NCBI GenBank assembly: GCA_002863085.1
Contig: PKDT01000006.1
Coordinates: 14,595-78,594, forward strand
Direction of reading: 5' to 3'
Source: Flavobacteriales bacterium
GTDB lineage: Bacteria > Bacteroidota > Bacteroidia > Flavobacteriales > TMED113
DNA length: 64,000 bases
The position numbers and the translations under genes are program-made. Positions 46,394-54,952 of the stretch are shown here, in pieces. Below the pieces are notes generated by a model that did not search any database, had not been told where the DNA came from, and worked only from the letters and a program-made list of their open reading frames with translations. Each line of letters starts with the position of its first letter. The first letter of the stretch is position 1.

Positions 46394-47860
46394 ATGAATG
46401 TAATTGTAATTGGGTCAGGCTTTGCTGGTCTTAGCACTGCAGCCACGTTAGCTAATGACGGATATAATGTGACATTATTAGAAAAAAATAATGATATAGG
46501 TGGAAGAGCTAGACAATTTAAGCACAAAGGGTTTTTGTTTGATATGGGACCTAGCTGGTATTGGATGCCCGATGTCTTCGAAAAATTTTTTAATAAATTT
46601 AATAAGTCCGTTTCCGACTATTACGATTTAATAAAACTTAATCCAGGTTTTCAAATGATTTTCGATGAATTTGAAACAATTCAAATTTCATCATCGTTCA
46701 ATGAAATAAAAGAACTATTTGAAAAAATTGAACCTGGATCATCACGATCGCTTGAGTTATTTATGAAAGAAGCTGAATTTAAATATAAGTTTAGCATGGA
46801 AAAATTGATTTACAATCCTGGCTTATCCTTTTTTGAATTTTTTAACAAAGGAATATTCAAAAACATCCTCAACCTTGACTTACTAAAATCTTACAAAAAA
46901 CACGTACATAAAAGCTTCAAAAATCCAAAGCTTCGCGCACTTTTAGAATTTCCAGTACTTTTTTTGGGTACTGCTCCTGAAGAAACACCTGCTCTATACA
47001 GCCTCATGGCATATTCAGGATTTGTTCAGGGAACGTATTATCCTGATGGTGGATTTGTACAAGTTATAAAAGGTATTGAAAGATTATGCCTTGATTTAGG
47101 AGTGACCATAAAGAAAAACCAGTGTGTAAAAAAAATTAATGTTAAAGATTTCAAAGTAGAGTCCGTTGAAACTCAAAACAACCATTATTCGGCCGACATA
47201 GTTGTGGCTGCAGCTGACTATGAACATGTTGACAACAGTCTCCTTGATAAAAAATATAGAAATTATAACAGTGAATACTGGGATAAACGAGTTATGTCGC
47301 CATCCTGTCTCCTATTTTATTTAGGAATTGATAAAAAAATAAATAAACTTACTCATCACAATCTTTTTTTTGATTCTGACATAGATCTACATATTAATGA
47401 AATTTACAGTAAAAAAATATGGCCAACAGATCCTTTATTTTATGTTTCATGTCCATCAAAGACCGATAAAAAAGTTGCTCCAAGTGGCATGGAAAATTTA
47501 TTTCTTTTAATTCCGATTAGCCCCGGATCAAAAGACAATGAAGAGACGAGAGAGTATTATTTTGATATAATTATCAACAGGCTTGAAAATTATTGTAACA
47601 CCAAGATAAGGAATCACATTATATACAATAGGAGTTACTGTATAAATGATTTTGTTAGCGATTACAATGCGTATAAAGGAAACGCCTATGGACTAGCCAA
47701 TACTTTATTTCAAACTGCTAATTTTAAACCTAGGATGATTAATAAAAAAGTTAGCAATCTTTACTACACTGGCCAGCTTACTGTTCCCGGACCGGGTGTA
47801 CCTCCATCACTAATATCTGGACAAATAATTGGTGATTTAATTTCAAAGAAATATAAATGA
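46394..47860 (+). CDS. crtI: Phytoene desaturase
   Basis: An N-terminal FAD motif VIGSGFAGLSTA, a GGRA motif and the C-terminal YYTGQLTVPGPGVPPSLISG are present. The gene is 488 aa. Confidence 0.85.
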   Translation: MNVIVIGSGFAGLSTAATLANDGYNVTLLEKNNDIGGRARQFKHKGFLFDMGPSWYWMPDVFEKFFNKFNKSVSDYYDLIKLNPGFQMIFDEFETIQISSSFNEIKELFEKIEPGSSRSLELFMKEAEFKYKFSMEKLIYNPGLSFFEFFNKGIFKNILNLDLLKSYKKHVHKSFKNPKLRALLEFPVLFLGTAPEETPALYSLMAYSGFVQGTYYPDGGFVQVIKGIERLCLDLGVTIKKNQCVKKINVKDFKVESVETQNNHYSADIVVAAADYEHVDNSLLDKKYRNYNSEYWDKRVMSPSCLLFYLGIDKKINKLTHHNLFFDSDIDLHINEIYSKKIWPTDPLFYVSCPSKTDKKVAPSGMENLFLLIPISPGSKDNEETREYYFDIIINRLENYCNTKIRNHIIYNRSYCINDFVSDYNAYKGNAYGLANTLFQTANFKPRMINKKVSNLYYTGQLTVPGPGVPPSLISGQIIGDLISKKYK

Positions 47861-48702
47861 CGTCTATTAAGCTCTTCGATAAACTTTCTGTTGAATGTAG
47901 TAAAATTACTACCAAAATGTACAGCACCAGCTTTTCACTAGGTATATTATCACTAAATAAAAAATTTAGAAAACATATTTATAATATATATGGTTTTGTT
48001 AGACTTGCTGATGAGATTGTAGATACAATGCACTCACATGATAAAAAATATCTACTTAATAAGTTTAAGGATGACTACAAATATGCAATAGAAAATAAAA
48101 TTAGCTTAAATCCAATTTTAAATAGTTTTCAAATCACTGTCAACAGGTTTGATATCGACGTTAAATTAATTGAACAATTTATTGTAAGTATGGAAATGGA
48201 CCTAGATACATCAATTAAATATGACAGAAAAAAATATGAATACTATATCTTAGGTTCAGCTGAGGTCGTTGGTCTAATGTGTTTAAAGGTTTTTGTAAGT
48301 GGAGATCAAAAAAAATATGATGAACTCAAAGATTATGCAAAAAAATTAGGCTCTGCTTTTCAAAAAATAAATTTTTTACGTGACATGGGTTCTGATTTCA
48401 ATAAACTTGGAAGAACATATTTCCCTGGAATTGATTTTGATAAATTTAATGATAAATTAAAAAGTCAGATTGAAAAGGATATTAATCTGGACTTCGTTAA
48501 AGGATATGAGGGGATAAAAAAACTTCCTAAGCAAGTTCGCGGCGGAGTACTTTTGGCATATACATACTACATAAAATTATTCGAAAAAATTAAAAATCAA
48601 TCTGCTAAAAAAATTCAGTCTAATAGAATTAGAGTTTCGAATTTTAAAAAATTACTTTTGCTTATTGAGTGTAGAATCCGAAATAATTTTGATTTATTAT
48701 GA
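47857..48702 (+). CDS. crtB: Phytoene synthase
   Basis: The product has squalene/phytoene synthase motifs YGFVRLADEIVD and LGSAFQKINFLRDMGSD. It overlaps crtI by 4 nt. Confidence 0.85.
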   Translation: MTSIKLFDKLSVECSKITTKMYSTSFSLGILSLNKKFRKHIYNIYGFVRLADEIVDTMHSHDKKYLLNKFKDDYKYAIENKISLNPILNSFQITVNRFDIDVKLIEQFIVSMEMDLDTSIKYDRKKYEYYILGSAEVVGLMCLKVFVSGDQKKYDELKDYAKKLGSAFQKINFLRDMGSDFNKLGRTYFPGIDFDKFNDKLKSQIEKDINLDFVKGYEGIKKLPKQVRGGVLLAYTYYIKLFEKIKNQSAKKIQSNRIRVSNFKKLLLLIECRIRNNFDLL

Positions 48703-49103
48703 TTTTAAGATCGCTATTATTACTTCCATTTTGTTTTTTTGGACAAAAAATTGAATACCAAAAGCTTTTTCAAAGAGCAAATTTAAATATTGAGTCTTGT
48801 GACTCTCTAGTTAAGTACTGTGAAAGTGAAACCACTGCAACTGGTATGGCATACTATGCCGCAGGACTAATGCTAAAGTCTAAACACGAAAGAAAATTAA
48901 AATATTTTAAAATTGGTCGGCAAAAGTTAGAGGAAATTATAAGTAAATATCCTAACTTTGTAGAATTAAGGTGGATCCGATATTGCATACAAACTAACAC
49001 ACCAAAAATCCTAAATTACAAACAACACGTTGATACTGATAAACAATTAATTTTAAAACTTGGATCGGAATTTCAAAAAAACTTGATAAATAAATATGAC
49101 TGA
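48699..49103 (+). CDS. Hypothetical secreted protein embedded in the carotenoid operon
   Basis: The 134-aa product has a signal-like N-terminus (MILRSLLLLPFCFFGQ) and a helical remainder. It overlaps crtB by 4 nt and crtZ by 8 nt. I recognised no motif. Confidence 0.5.
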   Translation: MILRSLLLLPFCFFGQKIEYQKLFQRANLNIESCDSLVKYCESETTATGMAYYAAGLMLKSKHERKLKYFKIGRQKLEEIISKYPNFVELRWIRYCIQTNTPKILNYKQHVDTDKQLILKLGSEFQKNLINKYD

Positions 49104-49542
49104 TTTAATCATAAACATTTCAATCACTATTGCAACCTTTTTATTCATGGAATTTGTCGCATGGTTTACACACAAATATGTTATGCACGGATTTCTATGG
49201 GAAATTCACAAAGATCATCACCAACCCAATCACAAACATACATTCGAAAAAAATGACCTCTTCTTCATAATATTTGCTCTTCCAGGTGTCATAGGTATTG
49301 TTAACGGATTTGAAACATTAAACTGGCCCTTCTGGGTGGGACTAGGCGTGAGTCTTTATGGTATTGCGTATTTTCTCATCCATGACTTATTTATACACAG
49401 AAGGTCAAAATTATTTAGAAATACTAAATCAAGTTATTTAAATGCTTTAAGAAGAGCGCATAAAATTCACCACAAAAATCAGAAAAAAGAGGATGGTGAG
49501 AATTTTGGAATGCTATTTTTTCCATTGAAATATTGGAAGTGA
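49096..49542 (+). CDS. crtZ: Beta-carotene 3-hydroxylase
   Basis: Histidine boxes HKYVMHG, HKDHHQP, HDLFIHRR and HKIHHK are present. The gene is 148 aa. Confidence 0.85.
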   Translation: MTDLIINISITIATFLFMEFVAWFTHKYVMHGFLWEIHKDHHQPNHKHTFEKNDLFFIIFALPGVIGIVNGFETLNWPFWVGLGVSLYGIAYFLIHDLFIHRRSKLFRNTKSSYLNALRRAHKIHHKNQKKEDGENFGMLFFPLKYWK

Positions 49543-49571
49543 AATTATTAATTTTTTTAAGCCTTTTTATC

Positions 49572-50114
49572 ATGAATGAAGATCCTAAGCTAAGTACTGC
49601 TTTTTTTGGTGGAGGATGCTTTTGGTGTATAGAAGCAGCATTTAGTGATCTCAAAGGGGTATCCAAAGTTGAAAACGGTTATTCTGGTGGAAGTGAAGCA
49701 AATGCTAACTACAAGTCTGTATCTGCTGGTATAACAAATCACGCTGAAATATGTAAAATAACTTATGATCCGAAAAAAATTTCATACGAAACATTGGTTA
49801 AAATTTTTTTTACAGCTCACGATCCAACTACATATAACAGACAAGGTAATGATATTGGCCCTCAATATAGGTCCATCATTTTCTTTAATAAGAAAAATGA
49901 ATTTGATTTAATTGAAAAAATAATAAATGAGATGGAGCGTGACGGCATATACGAAAAAATTGTAACCGAAACTGAACCTTTTCAAAAATTTTACAAAGCT
50001 GAAGACTATCATCAAAATTATTATGAAAATAATCCTAAACAACCCTATTGCTCATACGTTATAAAACCCAAATTACAAAAGCTAAGGAAACAATTAAAAC
50101 AATTTTATAACTAG
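49572..50114 (+). CDS. msrA: Peptide-methionine (S)-S-oxide reductase
   Basis: I chose the ATG at 49572 (MNEDPKLSTAFFGGGCFWC) over the TTG at 49533. The GCFWC active site and the motifs GHAEV-like NHAEICKITYDP and DYHQNYY are present. Confidence 0.88.
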   Translation: MNEDPKLSTAFFGGGCFWCIEAAFSDLKGVSKVENGYSGGSEANANYKSVSAGITNHAEICKITYDPKKISYETLVKIFFTAHDPTTYNRQGNDIGPQYRSIIFFNKKNEFDLIEKIINEMERDGIYEKIVTETEPFQKFYKAEDYHQNYYENNPKQPYCSYVIKPKLQKLRKQLKQFYN

Positions 50115-50117
50115 TCA

Positions 50118-51071
50118 CTAGGGTTTTATTTGTATCTCTTGTGCATTTATCGAGATAATAGAGCCTAAACCATTTTCTATGTTTGAATAAACTGGAACGA
50201 CCTCACCACCAAAGATACTTGCAGGTCCGTTTTCTCTGTGTTCTTCAAGCGAGTTGTAGTACAGGTAAGTATCGCTGCTGAAAACTGAAAACTGAACTCT
50301 TACCGTATCACAATCCCCATAGCTGTACCCCCCAGACTCAATATCAATTCTTATGTCTTTATGCATACCGTTAAATAGTGCATCTGAGAAAACAACTTGA
50401 CTTCCAGAGAAAGTATATCCTTCCCAAGGAATACCAGATGGAAATGAAGGATCATTAGATAACATCTCCACAAAACCATCCCAATAATATATCTCTAATT
50501 CTCCTTCTTCATTTTCCCACTCCTTTGAACAGGAGGAATACAATTTAAGTCTGTAGTAATTGTCCTGACTCACATTATCATCAAAACTTAGTTCAAGGCC
50601 AATTAAATCCTCATTACTTAAATCAATTTCATATTCAATATCAACATCATTAGGAATATATGTTCTTGCAAAAACTGAAGGATAGTTTGAATGTTTAGCT
50701 TCGATTTTATAATAAGTATCTTTTTGTGGTGTATAATCTAACTCATAAAAATTCATTGGGATTGAATCAATATTACCATTTGAATATACATAATAGTTAA
50801 TTAAGCTGTCAGAGTTTAGTTTTAATGTATCTATAAAGTCATCGTTTTCGTAAAATAATAGTTCTGCATCAGCAATACACATTGGTAAAGATTGGGAAAA
50901 GGAATTAACAGAATTTGATATTAATACCTGGACGGGCTTGTCAGTCTCAAGTGTAGTATTTAAAACTAAGACCGATTGAGTATCTGGGATTTCCAAATCA
51001 ACAACTGTTTCCATGTTTTCACATGAATAATTAAAAAATATTATTACAATTATAAAACTTATTTTTTTCAT
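50118..51071 (-). CDS. DUF4249-like lipoprotein partner of a TonB-dependent receptor
   Basis: A lipoprotein-type N-terminus (IFFNYSCENME) is present. The gene starts 3 nt downstream of the TBDR stop. The family name is tentative. Confidence 0.5.
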   Translation of the reverse strand: MKKISFIIVIIFFNYSCENMETVVDLEIPDTQSVLVLNTTLETDKPVQVLISNSVNSFSQSLPMCIADAELLFYENDDFIDTLKLNSDSLINYYVYSNGNIDSIPMNFYELDYTPQKDTYYKIEAKHSNYPSVFARTYIPNDVDIEYEIDLSNEDLIGLELSFDDNVSQDNYYRLKLYSSCSKEWENEEGELEIYYWDGFVEMLSNDPSFPSGIPWEGYTFSGSQVVFSDALFNGMHKDIRIDIESGGYSYGDCDTVRVQFSVFSSDTYLYYNSLEEHRENGPASIFGGEVVPVYSNIENGLGSIISINAQEIQIKP

Positions 51072-51074
51072 AAA

Positions 51075-53426
51075 TTAAAACTTTATGCGATATGACACTG
51101 ATGGGATAACCGGGAATAACGATACTTGGCGAGCAACTCTGTTACCATTTAAATCATATGACAAATATGCAAAAAAAGGATTTTTTCTATTATATGCATT
51201 GTAGGCTCCAAATGAAATTATTCTGTCAAACTTATTTTTTTTCTTTGTGTGGGTAAAACCAACATCTAACCTATGATATGCCTGCATCCGAGTCGAATTT
51301 CGATCACCATAAGATTCAATAAGTTCAACATAGGGGTCTTGATAATAATTCAAGCTAGTTTGAGGGTTTGATAAATAGAGTTGCTGTGGAAATGTAATTG
51401 CATTACCCGTACCATAACTCCATGTGAAAGAAAAGTCCCAATTAGAATTAATTTTATGCGTTAAAACAGCAGAAATATCATGCCTTCTATCATATTTATA
51501 TGGATACCATTGACCAAAGTTTATATTTTCAAATTTTCTGTTTGTCCATGACAAGGTATATCCAAGCCATCCTGTTGTTTTGCCAGTTTTCCTTTGTAAA
51601 AAAAACTCGAGGCCATATGATTCCCCTAGGCCCCCTGTCTCAATCGCATTTTCCCAATTTTCAGTACTTTGTAAATTTGAATATCCTGCTTTGTACGTAA
51701 TAAGATTAGTCATTTTTTTGTGATAAAGTTCTAAACTTAAATCATATTTTCCGTCTTTTAATGTAGTATTAACACTTGCAACAAACTGTCGAGATGTTTG
51801 TGGTGGGACACTATCAATTGCGGGCAACCATAAATCACTAGGGAAACCAACTGATGAGTTTGATAATAAGTGGATGTTTTGTCGCATTTGAGCATAAGAA
51901 ATTTTTAATGACCAATTTTCATTAAGTAGATATCTAGATGATATTCGTGGTTGAATTGACAATTTATCTTTTGAATAAAAACCTGCATGAACACCAATGT
52001 TTGTTTTTAATTTTTCTGATAACTTTATATTATCCTCAACATATAAAAAAAACTCGTTAGCATCAATATTTTGAGAGAAATTTAAAATTGTATCAATTGA
52101 AAAATTTTCAGAGTTATTAGGAGACTCTAAACTCGAACTAAGACTAGTTTCACCAGGGAAAAAATTATGATTGGTAAATGAATAACCAAATTTTAAATTG
52201 TGATTGGGGTTTGGAGAAAAATCAAAATCAATTCGTGCAGCATAATCCTCAATTCCAGACAAATATCCAAAACCAATGTTATAACTTTCATTGCCTTCAT
52301 CAGAAATATAATTTGAGTTAAGTCCAAAATCAGTGTTAAAAGAATATTTACTATATGTAATTGTAGTATTACTAAAGAGCCTTTCACTAAATAAATGATT
52401 CCACCTCAGAGTAGATGTTATATTTCCATAACCAAGTCCAAAATCTAATCTATCAGAGTAATCGGTCTCGCTTTCTTCATAATCAACACTAAATTTATCC
52501 CGACCAATATAACTGCTAATAAAAACTCTATCATTATTCGAAATTCTGTGATTGACTTTCATGTTTAAATCGTAAAAATACATGCCAAGTGAGGTATTAT
52601 CAGGCATAAATGGTCTTACAAGAAGATCGGCGTAGGTTCTTCTTGCTGAAAAAATAAAGGATGTTTTATTTTTTATTATCGGTCCCTCAATTGTGAGTTT
52701 AGATGATATTAAACCTAGTGTCATATCAGTTTTAAATTTTTTCGTATTACCTTCTTTCATATTTATTTCCAGCACAGATGATAACCTACCACCATATCTG
52801 GCTGGGAATCCTCCTTTAATTAAATTGACATTCTTGATAGCATCTGGGTTAAATACAGAAAAAAGACCACCTAAGTGAGATGCGTTATAAACCGGCACAC
52901 CATCCAACAAAATTAAATTTTGATCTGGTCCCCCACCCCGAACATAAAAGCCTGATGTGCCCTCACTACTTTGAACGCCAGGTAAAAGTTGGATAGCTTT
53001 TAAAACGTCAACTTCTCCCAAAAGAGCTGGAATTTTAAAAATTTGCTTAATTGGAACAGTAACTTGTGATGTTTGTGTTTGTTGAACTATGTTCTTTTTA
53101 TCAGAGATAACAATTTCATCAAGCTCAGACTTTATCAAAGAAAGTTCAGTATTGTATGTTATATTAGAGTCTAGTTTTAGTTTTAATTGTTTTGTTTTAT
53201 AACCAATGTAAGAAAAGTTAATATTATACTGCGCTTTAGGAAGCGTAAGTGAGTAAAAACCATAGTTATTTGTAGATGTTCCAATATTTAAACTATCTAC
53301 TATAATATTAACCCCGATTAAAGTTTCTCCGTTGCTTGAATCAGAAATAAAACCACTAAGTGTATAATTTTCACTGTTCTGAGAAAAAATAATCAATGGA
53401 AACAATAATATTAATAGTCTTTTCAT
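51075..53426 (-). CDS. TonB-dependent receptor (CarboxypepD_reg-like + plug + barrel)
   Basis: The N-terminus YTLSGFISDSSNGETLIGVNIIV...YIGYKTKQL is followed by the plug motifs LPGVQSSEGTSGFYVRGGGPDQNLILLDGVPVYN. The product ends ...SVSYRIKF. Confidence 0.8.
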   Translation of the reverse strand: MKRLLILLFPLIIFSQNSENYTLSGFISDSSNGETLIGVNIIVDSLNIGTSTNNYGFYSLTLPKAQYNINFSYIGYKTKQLKLKLDSNITYNTELSLIKSELDEIVISDKKNIVQQTQTSQVTVPIKQIFKIPALLGEVDVLKAIQLLPGVQSSEGTSGFYVRGGGPDQNLILLDGVPVYNASHLGGLFSVFNPDAIKNVNLIKGGFPARYGGRLSSVLEINMKEGNTKKFKTDMTLGLISSKLTIEGPIIKNKTSFIFSARRTYADLLVRPFMPDNTSLGMYFYDLNMKVNHRISNNDRVFISSYIGRDKFSVDYEESETDYSDRLDFGLGYGNITSTLRWNHLFSERLFSNTTITYSKYSFNTDFGLNSNYISDEGNESYNIGFGYLSGIEDYAARIDFDFSPNPNHNLKFGYSFTNHNFFPGETSLSSSLESPNNSENFSIDTILNFSQNIDANEFFLYVEDNIKLSEKLKTNIGVHAGFYSKDKLSIQPRISSRYLLNENWSLKISYAQMRQNIHLLSNSSVGFPSDLWLPAIDSVPPQTSRQFVASVNTTLKDGKYDLSLELYHKKMTNLITYKAGYSNLQSTENWENAIETGGLGESYGLEFFLQRKTGKTTGWLGYTLSWTNRKFENINFGQWYPYKYDRRHDISAVLTHKINSNWDFSFTWSYGTGNAITFPQQLYLSNPQTSLNYYQDPYVELIESYGDRNSTRMQAYHRLDVGFTHTKKKNKFDRIISFGAYNAYNRKNPFFAYLSYDLNGNRVARQVSLFPVIPSVSYRIKF

Positions 53427-53427
53427 T

Positions 53428-54255
53428 TTAATAAGTTAAAAATAAATTAAAATGTTGTTTTGTCTCATGGTATTTATTATCAATAATTAGAATACCCATT
53501 TTATAAAAGTCAATAGAAAACTTAACCATTGAGTCATTTCTAATCGAGTTCCAAGCTGATTTCATTCCATTACTCCAGTTAATATCGTCAATTATTATTA
53601 TTGCTGGAAAATCTAATTTAGATTTTAATTTTTCATAGTAGTGTAGTGTTGATTTTTTGTTGTGATTTCCGTCAATAAAAACAATATTAAAATATTGTTT
53701 TGATTTCAACAATTTTGGGAAAGTATCTATGTATAAACCATTATAAAGCTTAAATTTTTTCCTACTAGTAATTTCTTCAAATCTTTTATGCGAAATTTCT
53801 GAAAGCATAGGGACACCTTCCATTGTAATAAGCTTGCCTTTTTCTTTTTTTTTAATTGCTTCTAGTATATAAGAACCAGATATTCCAAGATTAGTTCCAA
53901 TTTCTAAAAAATTAGGGTTTTTCATTAAATCAGTAATAAAATATAAAAGTCTGCCCCAGGATGGCGGAGAGGTTGCTTTTTTACAAACATCCTTGACCTT
54001 GATTTTTTTTTTAGAATTAAATACTTCAAATGATATCAAATCATCATTTTCAAGTAATTGAGACCTATAAGATTCACATTTACCAAAAATTTTAATTTCT
54101 TCAGAAGAGAAATTTCCACTTTTTAACTTTTGGAATGACTCTAAAATTAACCTTAATAACCTGTCGTTAGTTTTATATATTTTTTTTATTGTATTTTTTT
54201 GCCTTAGTCTAACGTAAGTTAAAAAGATATGTTTTTTTATTTTTGATAATAACAT
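53428..54255 (-). CDS. Class I SAM-dependent methyltransferase
   Basis: Motif I-like FLEIGTNLGISGSY and the motif VFIDGNH are present, resembling Methyltransf_24 / O-MT family 3. There is no signal peptide. The gene ends 1 nt before the TBDR start. Confidence 0.6.
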   Translation of the reverse strand: MLLSKIKKHIFLTYVRLRQKNTIKKIYKTNDRLLRLILESFQKLKSGNFSSEEIKIFGKCESYRSQLLENDDLISFEVFNSKKKIKVKDVCKKATSPPSWGRLLYFITDLMKNPNFLEIGTNLGISGSYILEAIKKKEKGKLITMEGVPMLSEISHKRFEEITSRKKFKLYNGLYIDTFPKLLKSKQYFNIVFIDGNHNKKSTLHYYEKLKSKLDFPAIIIIDDINWSNGMKSAWNSIRNDSMVKFSIDFYKMGILIIDNKYHETKQHFNLFLTY

Positions 54256-54269
54256 TTATTATAAATATA

Positions 54270-54740
54270 ATGATAAAGATTAGAAAAGGGACAAAAAAAG
54301 ATTTAGCTAAGGTACTTGAACTAATAAAAGAACTTGCTGATTACGAGGGGGGATTAGATGAAGTTTTAATAAGCGAAAGGGATTTAGAGGAATATGGTTT
54401 TTGTGAAAATCCCCTTTATTTTTTATTGGTTGCAGAATCTGATAATAATGTTGTTGGCTTAGCAATTTATTTTATACATTTTTCAACATGGAAGGGGAAA
54501 TGTTTATACTTGGAAGACCTAATTGTTAGTAATAAATTTAGGAGGAAAGGCATTGGCACTATGTTATTTGAAACACTAATCAAAATCGCTCATAAAAAAA
54601 GCATGAAAAGAATAATGTGGCAAGTATTACATTGGAATAAATCGGCCATAAATTTTTATAAGAAATACAATGCAAATATTAGTAATAGCTGGTTAAACGG
54701 AAAAATGACAGATTTAGAGATTAAAAATTATTTAAGATAA
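54270..54740 (+). CDS. GNAT N-acetyltransferase (diamine/SSAT-like)
   Basis: I chose the ATG at 54270 (MIKIRKGTKKDLAKVLELIKELADYE). The motifs FSTWKGKCLYLEDLIVSNKFRRKGIGTMLF and VLHWNKSAINFYKK are present. Confidence 0.75.
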   Translation: MIKIRKGTKKDLAKVLELIKELADYEGGLDEVLISERDLEEYGFCENPLYFLLVAESDNNVVGLAIYFIHFSTWKGKCLYLEDLIVSNKFRRKGIGTMLFETLIKIAHKKSMKRIMWQVLHWNKSAINFYKKYNANISNSWLNGKMTDLEIKNYLR

Positions 54741-54952
54741 TTAGCAAGTAGTTTTTTTGCAGCAGCTGTTTTTTTTTTATCAACATATAAGTGCTCTTGA
54801 AAACTCTCTGATCCTGGATTTGCCCACCCGGCTGACACCGATGTATCGAATAAATTTTTTAAGAAAAATTTAATTTTATTTTTTTGTAATATCTCTTTGA
54901 CGCTAATTACATCAAATGTGCTAATAATTCCTAAATATGAAAGGTTTATCAA
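54728..54952 (-). CDS. Small cytoplasmic protein (DUF2007-like, tentative)
   Basis: This is a 74-aa ORF with a TTG start that overlaps the stop of the upstream M43 gene (TTGA). Its 3' end overlaps the GNAT gene by 13 nt. The family call is weak. Confidence 0.35.
   Translation of the reverse strand: MINLSYLGIISTFDVISVKEILQKNKIKFFLKNLFDTSVSAGWANPGSESFQEHLYVDKKKTAAAKKLLANYLK

Noticed and set aside
50110-50124. The palindrome CTAGTCACTAG between the convergent msrA and DUF4249-like genes, considered as a bidirectional terminator.
   Set aside because: It forms only a 5-bp stem with a 1-nt loop, which is sterically implausible as a hairpin, and it has no T-tract.
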